The notes under the pieces are model-generated. The model worked only from the letters and a program-made list of their open reading frames with translations. It was not told the DNA's origin and made no database searches. From an uncultured Actinomycetes bacterium (GTDB lineage: Bacteria; Actinomycetota; UBA4738; HRBIN12), in the NCBI GenBank assembly GCA_963762075.1, contig CAVXJC010000006.1, forward strand, positions 33,788 through 97,787: a DNA stretch of 64,000 bases. The letters are read 5' to 3'. The first letter of the stretch is position 1, and each line of letters starts with the position of its first letter. Positions 1-8,868 of the stretch are shown one piece after another. The translations under genes and the position numbers were made by a program.

Positions 1-763
1 CTCCCGCCTTCTCGATCAGCCGCCCGACGACTTGGTCGAGGTGCTCGTACGTTTCGCGGATCGCGTTCTCGTGACGAGGCGGATCGTCGGGTCCCGGATG
101 CTGCATGTGACGCCAGAAGAAGTGCTGGACCACATCGGACTCGGTGAAGACGACCATGAATGCTTCCCAGTCCCGCGTCTCCATAAGGTGCTCGGCGACT
201 GCAGCCCGCTTGTCGATCGACCGATGCAATCGATCCAGGCCTGCATCGATCTCCCCGGAGATCACGAAACCCGCGAGCGCCGGGTGCACGTAGTACTCGC
301 CACCGGCGACCTCCCGTATCTCGTGGCGAAGTTCGTCTGGGTGGGTGAACCCCGGCTCGTCGGCGCTCGGGCTGTCAACGCCCGAGACGAACACACCGTT
401 CACGGGCTCCGCGGGATAGCTGAGCGGCACGTTGAGAACGCCTACACGTTGGCCTTCCTCCGACAGGATGCGCCAGAACGCCTTGCCGTGGCGAAAGGAT
501 CCGTTGATGAACCGGTACTCGTAGGTCTCGGGCTTGTCCTCCGTGAACCAGTAGATGCCGTGCTTCCCTGGGTTGAGGCCGGTGACCATGGTGGACCAGG
601 CGGGGCCGCTATGCCTGTTCGGAACCGAGTTCAGTGTCCCCCACGCACCGTCGGCGAGGAAACGACCGATGTTCGGCAGTCGCTCCTCGGCCACCCATTT
701 CTCGACGAGGTGCGGCGTGGCCGCGTCCAGCCCGATGATCAAGACCTTCGATGGCCCGGTCAT
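1..763 (-). CDS. AlkP-superfamily type I phosphodiesterase/nucleotide pyrophosphatase family protein, paralog 3 (partial; 3' end beyond left window edge)
   Basis: Not listed in the ORF track because no stop falls inside the window. Minus-strand translation from the ATG at 763..761 gives MTGPSKVLIIGLDAATPHLVEKW...NSVPNRHSGPAWSTMVTGLNPGKHGIYWF. Motif order matches the two upstream paralogs. The ATG overlaps the TGA of the upstream gene (ATGA). Plus ORF 32..820 is its antisense shadow: low GC3 on plus, high GC3 on minus. Confidence 0.6.
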   Translation of the reverse strand, partial: MTGPSKVLIIGLDAATPHLVEKWVAEERLPNIGRFLADGAWGTLNSVPNRHSGPAWSTMVTGLNPGKHGIYWFTEDKPETYEYRFINGSFRHGKAFWRILSEEGQRVGVLNVPLSYPAEPVNGVFVSGVDSPSADEPGFTHPDELRHEIREVAGGEYYVHPALAGFVISGEIDAGLDRLHRSIDKRAAVAEHLMETRDWEAFMVVFTESDVVQHFFWRHMQHPGPDDPPRHENAIRETYEHLDQVVGRLIEKAG

Positions 764-2406
764 ACGTACCCCAGATCCCTCAAGTGTTCCGTCATCTGTT
801 CCTCTTCCTCCTGTGTGTAGGCCTCGTCTTCCGATCCATCGACGACCCGTGTTCCCGTGCGGCGGGGGTACCTGGCGGCGAACTCGGGCTCGAAGGCCTC
901 CGTGAGCACGCTTCCGTCCATGTCGTCCGGTAGTTCGAGGCCCAGCGCCCAGACGATGGTCGCCGGGACGTCGAGCAGGTGCGCTCTCCCCAGATCGTTC
1001 GCTTGCCGCACGGACCCGCCGTTCATGACGAGGATCCCGTCCGGACGATGGCTCGCACTGGAACGCTCTCGGCGACGCGTCGTGATCGTGGAGAGGCTCC
1101 GCTTGCCCCCCGCGTGTCCCGCTTCGCGTGACTCGTTCAACTCGAGGACGACGTCGGGGGCCGCCTCGGTGTGGATCCCGGAGTAGAGGTCCTCGCGACG
1201 ATGCGCCGCGCGGATGACAGGCTCGCCGGTGACGGGGTCTGTGAACTCCTTCGCCGCGTCGATCACCTGCTGGCGGATGGCCTCGAACTGGGCAACCGGG
1301 ACCGAGCCCAGCCGCTCGCGACCCGCCAGGTTGACGTTGACCCCCAGAACGTGATGGTCGATCGCGACGGCATACGCCCGGGATCTGGACCACTCGATCG
1401 AGCGCTCGTTCGCCTGGATCCGTTGCGCAGAGCTTCGTACAGCTTTCGGAGCGTGCTGCCACAGCCAATACTTCTTCGGGAGCACGTCCTTGCCCCACTC
1501 GAGGGCAGCTGCAGCGGGTCGGCGCCAAGGACGGCTCCCGGCCGCGACCTGCAGACCGAGCTCTTCGAGCCAGGCGTTCGCGTTGAACCTCAGCGGTGAC
1601 CGAGGACCAGTGCCGTGGTCCGACATCACGATCACGAGCCCGGGGTCGTCCACGGCTTCCAGCAGCTTTCCGAGCGACTCGTCCGCCCGTTCGTAGAAGT
1701 GATCGAGGAGCGTTCCGTCGCCTACCGGATAGGCCTCGAAGCCAGGTGCCGTCGGATCCGAGTATCTCCAGAACTTGTGAGCGACCCAGTCCGTGATGCT
1801 GTTGACATAACAGAAGAGATCGAACTCGTTCTCTCGGAGCATCTGCACGAGTGTCTCGGTCGAGCGCTCGAGGTAATGCTCGAAATTGTCGATCTGCGCT
1901 TCGACGCTGGCCACCATGCTCTTCAACGGAGCGAGCTTGACCATCGGGGGGAGGCCTTCACCGACCTCTTGCGGCATGGAGAAGTTCGTCTTGGGATCAG
2001 GGGTCGGGAAACCGGAGACCATGATCCCATTGACCGGCCACGGCGGATACGACATCGGTACACGAAAGGCGATCACTCTCAGGTCATTGCGAGAGGCGTG
2101 ATCGAAGATCGTTCTCCCCCGATACGCCCATGAGCCCATGAGTTCCGACCCGAGCGCCCCCCGCGTCATCGAACGGAAGTGGAAGACGCCGTGTTTGCCG
2201 GGGTTGACCCCCGTCATGAACGAAACCCATGCCGGCGCCGATAGTGGGGGGACCGTCGAGCGAAGACTCGCCCTCGTGCCCGTTGCCAGGAGGCCGGCCA
2301 GCGTGGGAAGCCGGCCTCGCTTCAACAGCGGATCGATGACATCGAACGTCGCACCATCGAGGCCGATGCACATCACCTTGGGGAAGGGGGGTTTCTCCTG
2401 TGCCAT
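760..2406 (-). CDS. AlkP-superfamily type I phosphodiesterase/nucleotide pyrophosphatase family protein, paralog 2
   Basis: Trimmed from ORF 760..2559 to the internal ATG (MAQEKPPFPKVMCIGLDGATFD). GLDGATFD, NPGKHG and MSDHG motifs of the AP/PF01663-like family are present. C-terminus ...LRDLGYV mirrors the upstream paralog (...LRALGYI). Confidence 0.8.
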   Translation of the reverse strand: MAQEKPPFPKVMCIGLDGATFDVIDPLLKRGRLPTLAGLLATGTRASLRSTVPPLSAPAWVSFMTGVNPGKHGVFHFRSMTRGALGSELMGSWAYRGRTIFDHASRNDLRVIAFRVPMSYPPWPVNGIMVSGFPTPDPKTNFSMPQEVGEGLPPMVKLAPLKSMVASVEAQIDNFEHYLERSTETLVQMLRENEFDLFCYVNSITDWVAHKFWRYSDPTAPGFEAYPVGDGTLLDHFYERADESLGKLLEAVDDPGLVIVMSDHGTGPRSPLRFNANAWLEELGLQVAAGSRPWRRPAAAALEWGKDVLPKKYWLWQHAPKAVRSSAQRIQANERSIEWSRSRAYAVAIDHHVLGVNVNLAGRERLGSVPVAQFEAIRQQVIDAAKEFTDPVTGEPVIRAAHRREDLYSGIHTEAAPDVVLELNESREAGHAGGKRSLSTITTRRRERSSASHRPDGILVMNGGSVRQANDLGRAHLLDVPATIVWALGLELPDDMDGSVLTEAFEPEFAARYPRRTGTRVVDGSEDEAYTQEEEEQMTEHLRDLGYV

Positions 2407-2414
2407 CCTGATTC

Positions 2415-4028
2415 CTATATGTAACCGAGGGCGCGCAGACGCTCCTCGATCTCCGCCGCCTCCTGGTCTGTATACGAGACCGATTGGTCGAGACCGTCCG
2501 GTCCGCCGGCGGTGTGAGAGATCGACCTTGACGCGTAGGGTTCGGCAAGCGCGTCCCACAGAACCCGCCCGTCCATGTCTTCGGGGATGGGTTCCCCAGC
2601 GAGGTGCAGGATGGTGGGTGCCAGATCCTGGAGGGCCGCTCCTTCGATCCGGCGTGCCCCGGCGAACTGAGGTCCTGACATCATCAACACGCCCAGGGGT
2701 CGATGCGCTCCGGACAGTCCGTGCATGAACCCCTTCGCGGACTGACGCGACAGCGCCCGCCCGAACCGGCCTTCATAACTGAGACCACCGACCGGTTCGT
2801 CGTAACGCCAGTCGATCTGGAGATCCGGCGCCTGATCGCTGTATGGCCCCGAGTAGATCTGCTTCGGCGTCCAGACTTGGTCGACCACCTGGCGCCCCGT
2901 CTCCGCATCCACCAACTCCGACAAGACCTCACGCAGCTCCTCCACGAGAGGCTCGTATTCCTCGGGCGACACCGTCCCATGCGGATCGCGGCCTTGAAGG
3001 TTGATCCACACACAGCTACGAGTGTTGTCGCCGAATGCGCGCGTGTTCTCCCAGTCGAGACCACCGAAGCGGACCTGGTAGCCGAACCTCCGATAGAGGC
3101 TGGGGAGACGACGCTTCAGGAACCCGCGCGCGTTCGGTCCGAGTCGCTTCGCCAGCCGGAGCGTCCGCCATCTCGCCGCCTCACCAGACGATGCTCCGCT
3201 GCGAAGATATCCGAGCTGGGCGAGGACGTCGTTCACGTGTTCGGCTGCAGGCTGTCGCCACCCCATGCCGTGGTCCGACATCACGATCACGCCGCAGTCC
3301 GGCCCCGCCTGTTCGAGGAACCTCGCAAGGGTGCTGTCCGCGAATTCGTAGACGGGTCGGAGACGCTCCTGCAAGGAGGCCTCCGGATCCCATACATGAT
3401 GTGCGGCCTGGTCGGTGGACTTGACCATGTACATGAACACGTCCCACTCGCGCGTCGCCATCAGGTGCAGGGCCGCGCGAACCCGGCTCTCCTCGGCCGC
3501 GAGCGCCGACTGGACCACACGCTCGTGGTGTCCCCCAGCTGCGTGATGGGCAACCGACGCATGCAAGATGTAGGGGCCGCACTCGCGTTCGAGCTCATCG
3601 ATCAGCCCATCCGGATGGCTGAACGACATGCTGCGCGTCGAAGGAGCGTCGAATCCCGCGACGAGCACACCGTTGACGTGCTCCGCAGGGTAGGTCATCG
3701 GGACGTTGACGATCGCGAGATCGTGACCAGCGTCCGATAGGAGCCGCCAAAGGCTCACGCCATGGCGATCCGCCGCAGTCACGAAGCGCACCTGCCCGGG
3801 GTCGTCCCCCTGCTCGGCGAACCAGAACACCCCGTGCTTCCCGGGGTTCTTTCCGGTCATGAACGTCGTCCACGCTGGGGCCGTGTTCATGTTCGGCACC
3901 GAACTCAGGTACCCCCACGCACCTTCATCGAGCAGGCGCGCGAAGGCCGGGAGCCGACCTTGCTCGGCCCACGGCAGAAGAAGGTCGAACGTCGCGCCAT
4001 CCAGCCCGAGGATCATCAGGCGATTCAT
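2415..4028 (-). CDS. AlkP-superfamily type I phosphodiesterase/nucleotide pyrophosphatase family protein, paralog 1
   Basis: 537-aa ORF. MNRLMILGLDGATFD...TGKNPGKHGVFWF...VIVMSDHGMG motifs are present. Start overlaps the Wzz-like stop (ATGA). Confidence 0.85.
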   Translation of the reverse strand: MNRLMILGLDGATFDLLLPWAEQGRLPAFARLLDEGAWGYLSSVPNMNTAPAWTTFMTGKNPGKHGVFWFAEQGDDPGQVRFVTAADRHGVSLWRLLSDAGHDLAIVNVPMTYPAEHVNGVLVAGFDAPSTRSMSFSHPDGLIDELERECGPYILHASVAHHAAGGHHERVVQSALAAEESRVRAALHLMATREWDVFMYMVKSTDQAAHHVWDPEASLQERLRPVYEFADSTLARFLEQAGPDCGVIVMSDHGMGWRQPAAEHVNDVLAQLGYLRSGASSGEAARWRTLRLAKRLGPNARGFLKRRLPSLYRRFGYQVRFGGLDWENTRAFGDNTRSCVWINLQGRDPHGTVSPEEYEPLVEELREVLSELVDAETGRQVVDQVWTPKQIYSGPYSDQAPDLQIDWRYDEPVGGLSYEGRFGRALSRQSAKGFMHGLSGAHRPLGVLMMSGPQFAGARRIEGAALQDLAPTILHLAGEPIPEDMDGRVLWDALAEPYASRSISHTAGGPDGLDQSVSYTDQEAAEIEERLRALGYI

Positions 4029-4996
4029 GGTGTCCGCACGCCCCTGACGTCAGCCCGACCTGTAAAGAGTTCGGTTTGCTCGTTCCGCGAACGCGATGAC
4101 TGCGCCTCGGCGCGACGTCGACGGGACCACCGTTCGATCCCGAGGATCGTGAGGAAACTCACGATGAGCCCGGCGAGAACGGCGAGGCCGACCGTGGAGA
4201 TGATGCGTGCGCGAACGGTATCGTCGGGGGCGCTCGGCGGGGAGATCATGATCGACGCTGTCCGCCGCTCCAAATATCGCTGGGTCGCGTCTTCGACCAA
4301 GGTTTGGATCGCGTCTCGGTTGCTGACAAGGACGCGGATCTGAGAGCTCGTGAGCGAATGCGCTGCTCGGAGGCGCTTCAGGCGTTCACGCAACTCCTGG
4401 ATCTCTGCCCTGTCGGCGATCGTAAAGGGCGCGGCCTGAAGACTGACCACACGCTCCCAGTACAAAGCGATCGAGCGCGCGTATTCACGACGATCTGCGC
4501 CCAAGGCGACGAGCTCCTGGGTCAGGTCCTGCACGTTCGACTCGACGTCGTCCTCCAGCCGCTGCACCTGCTCCAGGGCCAGCTCGTTCGATCGGTCGAT
4601 CAGGCTGGTGGATGCCTCCTCCACCGCCCTCTCGGCAACCGACCCAATCGATGCGGTCGCCGTGACGAGGTACACGTCTTCGCTGCGCTGCTGCACCGCC
4701 GCAACGGAATGGATCGCGGACGCCTGTGGTCCAAGGGTCGAACGAACCTGTTCCCCGAGGGCCTTGTTCGCGTACGCCCCCAGCTGGATCGCGATCGCGG
4801 AGACCTGAGTGGTCTTGGTGGCTACGGGGTCGCTGGCCGGGATGAGCACCTCAGCCTGGCTCACGTATTCGGAGGGAGCGGATAGCGCCAGAGGCAAGGC
4901 AACCCCCGCCGACACGACGACTGCAGCGAGTAGCGCCCACCACCTTCTCCGCACCAAGTCGAACACGCTCGAATTCTCGGACCGGCTCGATTTCAC
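4025..4996 (-). CDS. polysaccharide co-polymerase / Wzz-like chain-length determinant protein
   Basis: N-terminal TM helix followed by a YVSQAEVLI Wzz-type motif. Long coiled-coil middle. Pro-rich SPPSAPDD segment plus C-terminal TM helix. ATGA overlaps with both neighbours. Confidence 0.6.
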   Translation of the reverse strand: MKSSRSENSSVFDLVRRRWWALLAAVVVSAGVALPLALSAPSEYVSQAEVLIPASDPVATKTTQVSAIAIQLGAYANKALGEQVRSTLGPQASAIHSVAAVQQRSEDVYLVTATASIGSVAERAVEEASTSLIDRSNELALEQVQRLEDDVESNVQDLTQELVALGADRREYARSIALYWERVVSLQAAPFTIADRAEIQELRERLKRLRAAHSLTSSQIRVLVSNRDAIQTLVEDATQRYLERRTASIMISPPSAPDDTVRARIISTVGLAVLAGLIVSFLTILGIERWSRRRRAEAQSSRSRNEQTELFTGRADVRGVRTP

Positions 4997-5946
4997 GTCA
5001 CGTCGCCTACCTTTAGCCGAGTCTGCATTCGGCCGTACGTGACGGCTGCGAGCTTGACCCCTCCCAGAGCAAGGGTCTTCATGGTGTTGTTCGACCTGCT
5101 TCCTCCGTCTGGCGTCACCGCCAAGGTCGCCCGCATGCCCTCACGCAAGTAGGGCATCCTTCCGAACTCGCGGAGCTCCGCGAAGATCCCGACGTGCTCG
5201 TATACCGCGCCGATCCTTCTGTAGCGCCTGACGAGCTCCCGAATCCCCAGCTCGTGAACGTGCAGAACCGAGGCGCCGGGCACGTAGGCGATGTGGCAGC
5301 CGCTGTCGAGCAATCGTTTGGCGATACCGACATCCTCGAAGATGGCGAGCTCATCAGGGAATCGAAGTCGCCGCGCAACATCGGTGAGGAAGGCCGAGGT
5401 CACGTCAGAGAAGTGAAATGTTCGCAGGCCGAGCTCCCCTATCCGCGCCCTGCTCTTGAGCTCCGGCCGCTCGGGATAGAGATAGTCGTAGGTCGCCTGC
5501 CGTTCGGCGTTCGGGCGCGGCGCAACCTGGCGTCCATACGACGCCTGAGCTCGTCCGTCTGCCAGCGGCTCCACCAAGGCCTCGAGCCACGAGTCGCTCG
5601 TGGGGTGTGCGTCCGACGACAAGAACGCTACGACCGGCGTGGTCGCGAGGTCGACACCGTGGTTGCGCGTCCGGGCGTGACCGAACGAACGCGGATGCAC
5701 GGCCTCCCAATGATCGGCAGCCGCCCGAAGGGCACGGCTCGATCTCGATGTGGGGTCGGGACTCGAATCGATGACGATGATCGACAGGCCCGCTCCGTAC
5801 CGCTGAGATCGAACGATGTCCGCGGTCTCGATCTCCCAGTCTCCGGGGTTCTGGGTCAGGAGAACAACGCTCACATCAGGCCACTCCTGAACCGGCCTCT
5901 GCGCCTGGTTCCCGTCGCCGGCGGCCACCACCGCATCAAGCGACAC
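4993..5946 (-). CDS. family 2 glycosyltransferase (GT-A fold)
   Basis: VSVVLLTQNPG...IIVIDSSPD GT2 signature about 20 aa from the N-terminus. First gene of a five-gene minus-strand operon. Confidence 0.8.
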   Translation of the reverse strand: MSLDAVVAAGDGNQAQRPVQEWPDVSVVLLTQNPGDWEIETADIVRSQRYGAGLSIIVIDSSPDPTSRSSRALRAAADHWEAVHPRSFGHARTRNHGVDLATTPVVAFLSSDAHPTSDSWLEALVEPLADGRAQASYGRQVAPRPNAERQATYDYLYPERPELKSRARIGELGLRTFHFSDVTSAFLTDVARRLRFPDELAIFEDVGIAKRLLDSGCHIAYVPGASVLHVHELGIRELVRRYRRIGAVYEHVGIFAELREFGRMPYLREGMRATLAVTPDGGSRSNNTMKTLALGGVKLAAVTYGRMQTRLKVGDVT

Positions 5947-6244
5947 GATGGCTCCGCAGTACGATCGGGAGGGTTTGGGGGAAGATCTGGGGGTCGATCA
6001 CTTGGAACTGCCGTGTCAGCTCATCCGGCCCGAGACGTTGCGGCGCGCAACTGAGTCGGGAACGTATTCGCGTTTCGAAAGACCCCGTGGACGAGATGTG
6101 CACATAACCTCCAGTGTCCAAGGCGTCCACTGCTCGGGCCTTTGACCGACGCCTTGCCAAGTGGCGGAGACGATAGAGAGGGGTTGCCTGCGTCAAATCC
6201 GTCGCCTCCTGTAACTTGAGATGGTCAGGGCTACCCACGACCGC

Positions 6245-6974
6245 CTACGTAGGTATCTGTATGCGTCCGTCCGTCTGGGTCGCTCCGTCGAACAGATGGA
6301 TGGTGCCGTTCTTCAGCGCGACAGCTTCGAGCTTCGAGTGAACTTCCAGTTTGCGAAGGATGTTCTGGACGTGGGTTTCCACGGTCCGTTCGCTGATCAC
6401 TAACTCGTTCGCGATCGCGGCGTTTCGCATCCCCTTTGCGAGGAGCGCGAGGATCTCGCGCTCACGCTCGGTCAATCTAGCCGTCCTGCGGACGATCTCC
6501 TGCTTCGCTCGCCGCTTCCCGGAAACCCTCTGGATGAGCTTCGGAAGGCTCTGGAAATCGATCAGCTGCTCTCCGGTGGCCGCGACTTCGATCAGCTCGA
6601 AGAGCCGTTTGACCCGCTCGGCCTTTGGGACGATTGCGTCGGCGCCAGCTTCGATCGCCTCGAGGAGATGGTCATCACTGATGTTCCCGCTCATGACCAT
6701 CACCATGGTCGAAGGAGAAAGCGCCTTGATACGACGCGTCGCCTCAGTTGCGCTCGACCGCGAAGCAGCTTGCACGCCCATGAGGACCACGTGAGGCCGA
6801 TGCTTCTCGCAGATCTCAACGGCTTGACTCGGATCTTCGACCGGGTCGGCGATCAGACGGATGCCATCGGACAGCCTCATGACCGTGGCCAGGGCATCCG
6901 AGAGGAGTCCGCTTTCGTCGCAGATCAGGAGCGAGATCTTCTTGTCGTTCATGGCTTCGGTGGCCGAGCTCATG
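6245..6974 (-). CDS. LuxR/NarL-family response regulator with degenerate receiver (phospho-acceptor Asp replaced by Gly)
   Basis: Receiver-like N-terminus (LLICDES...HVVLMGVQ...VMVMSGN...AIVPK) plus C-terminal LuxR HTH (LTEREREILALLAKGMRNAAIANELVISERTVETHV). Start set at MSSATEAMNDKK, with a GGGAGG RBS about 8 nt upstream. Confidence 0.8.
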
Positions 6975-7207
6975 GCCCAGCCTCCCGAGGGTGTTCTCGT
7001 CGGCATGGGGCCTGCCAGTTCAGCTCGGGTCGCCATCCATGGGGGAAGGGGAACCTCATGCAGAAAGCTTACCCCAGGGTAGGTAAAAAGTCCTAGGCGA
7101 TTTTCCGTACTCGTAGTTAGTAGGTGAGAGAGGCAGACCCCTCAAGCGGAGGGTGCCACCCTCGACCATTCCGGGCACCGCCTCTGAGGCCAGCTCCGCG
7201 TGGCACC

Positions 7208-7678
7208 ATGGAGTCGATGCGGCGGACCATCCCCCCCCTTTGCGCGGCCCTCCTACTCACGGCCTGCACCGTTGGCGAGACCCACACAGGTGGCCCACGC
7301 ATGGGAACGGTGACGTTCGCCGGGGGGGCAGCGCTCGACGTGCGCATCGCCGACGACGACGAGGAGCGTCAGCGCGGGCTGATGGGGGTCACGTCGCTCG
7401 CAGCCGACGAAGGCATGGCGTTCGAATTCAGCGAGCCCACCGATTCCTCGTTCTGGATGAGGAACACGCTGATCCCCTTGTCGATCGCGTTCATCGGCGA
7501 GGACGACCGCGTCGTCACGGTCCTCGAGATGGAGCCGTGCGCCGCGGAGCCGTGCCCCACGTATTCCCCAGCCGGCCCATACGTGCTCGCGGTCGAAGCG
7601 AACGCAGGGTGGTTCGATGAACACGGCATCGACGAAGGCGATCGCATGGAGGGATACGTTGGCACAGCGCCCCGGTGA
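7208..7678 (+). CDS. DUF192 (COG1430) family protein, probable lipoprotein
   Basis: MESMRRTIPPLCAALLLTAC lipobox-like signal. GLMGV...GMAFEF...FWMRNTLIPLSIAF DUF192 pattern. Confidence 0.7.
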   Translation: MESMRRTIPPLCAALLLTACTVGETHTGGPRMGTVTFAGGAALDVRIADDDEERQRGLMGVTSLAADEGMAFEFSEPTDSSFWMRNTLIPLSIAFIGEDDRVVTVLEMEPCAAEPCPTYSPAGPYVLAVEANAGWFDEHGIDEGDRMEGYVGTAPR

Positions 7679-7982
7679 CGACTGCATGCTCTGCGACGCT
7701 GAACGCGTGACCGACTGGTTGCACGAAGACGATGACTGCTGGGTCGCCGAGTGCCTGGTGTGCCGGACTCCGATGGTGGTCTGGCGCACGCACGGGCTTC
7801 CGGACCCGAAGCACGAGGCGCGGTTGCTCGCACACCTCGAGCGGGTGGCCGTCGAGCGTTACGGGGACGAGGGCTATTGGGTCGACCCGGAGCGCCGGCG
7901 GATCCCCGACCACTGGCACGCGCACGCGCGGCCCGCCGGTGGCTTCTTCGATCCCGCGAGCGACCTCTACGGCAAGTACTGA
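7617..7982 (+). CDS. hypothetical Cys-rich protein (two CxxC pairs, putative zinc ribbon)
   Basis: With the ATG at 7617 the protein has CMLC...CWVAECLVC. The alternative ATG at 7686 (MLCDAE) removes the first Cys. Overlaps the 3' end of the DUF192 gene in another frame, so the start is uncertain. Confidence 0.4.
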   Translation: MNTASTKAIAWRDTLAQRPGDDCMLCDAERVTDWLHEDDDCWVAECLVCRTPMVVWRTHGLPDPKHEARLLAHLERVAVERYGDEGYWVDPERRRIPDHWHAHARPAGGFFDPASDLYGKY

Positions 7983-8013
7983 CCGGCGTGGTCGGGCGAA
8001 GCACCGCCACGAC

Positions 8014-8868
8014 TCACGGCGTCGGGCGGACCTCTCCCCCGTAGCGTCGCTCGGCGATCCGGCGTCCGATCTCAGCGGCGAGCACCACGCAGAGCGAGAC
8101 CACCAGGACGACCGACGACACGGCGAGCAATTGGGGAAGCTGGCTCGGCACGCGGAGCTGTGCGAACAGGTATACGGGCCACGTCGGCGTCTCGCCCGAC
8201 AGGAATGAGGCGATCGCGTACTCGTCGAACGAGAGCGTGAACGCGATCATGAACGCGGAGATCAACGCGGGCATCAACAGCGGGAACGTGACCCGGCGAA
8301 AGGAATGCCACGAGCTCGCACCCAGGTCCTTCGCGGCTTCCTCGAGGCCGACGTTCAACCGCTCGAGCAGGGGGATGATCGTCAGCACCGTATATGGCAG
8401 CGACACGACGACGTGCCCGACCACGATCGCGTGCAACCCCAGTCCGATGTACTGGCCGGTCGCCGATGTCAGGAGCTTGTCGACGGCCGTGAAGATCACC
8501 AACAGCGAGACGCCGAACACGAGGTAGGGCACGACGAGCGGGGAGAACACCAGCGCGGAGACGGCCGACTTCCCCGCGAACTTGCGGCGCACCAGGGCGA
8601 TCGCGGCCGAGACTCCGAGCGCGACCGCAACGAGGCTCGACACGCCCGCCACGATCGCGCTCCGCTCGAGCGACCGGAGGATCTTGGGGTTGGCGAAGAA
8701 TCGCCGGTACCAGTCGAGCGTGAACCCGGCGAGCGGGAAGCTCACGTCTCCGTCGTTGAACGAGAACACTGCGAGGATGACGATCGGCGCGTACAAGAAC
8801 ACCACCAGCAACGCGAAGAAGATGATGAGCCCGCGCCGCGCGCCAGGTGAGGTCGCGATCTCGCTCAT
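8014..8868 (-). CDS. ABC transporter permease (PotC/PotI-like)
   Basis: Six-TM permease with the EAA-like motif EEAAKDLGASSWHSFRRVTFPL. Confidence 0.85.
   Translation of the reverse strand: MSEIATSPGARRGLIIFFALLVVFLYAPIVILAVFSFNDGDVSFPLAGFTLDWYRRFFANPKILRSLERSAIVAGVSSLVAVALGVSAAIALVRRKFAGKSAVSALVFSPLVVPYLVFGVSLLVIFTAVDKLLTSATGQYIGLGLHAIVVGHVVVSLPYTVLTIIPLLERLNVGLEEAAKDLGASSWHSFRRVTFPLLMPALISAFMIAFTLSFDEYAIASFLSGETPTWPVYLFAQLRVPSQLPQLLAVSSVVLVVSLCVVLAAEIGRRIAERRYGGEVRPTP

Noticed and set aside
32-820. 262-aa plus-strand ORF at the left edge
   Set aside because: Codon third positions are AT-rich. The complementary frame is GC3-rich and encodes a clear AlkP-family N-terminus (MTGPSKVLIIGLDAATP...). 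This is the antisense shadow of the third AlkP paralog.
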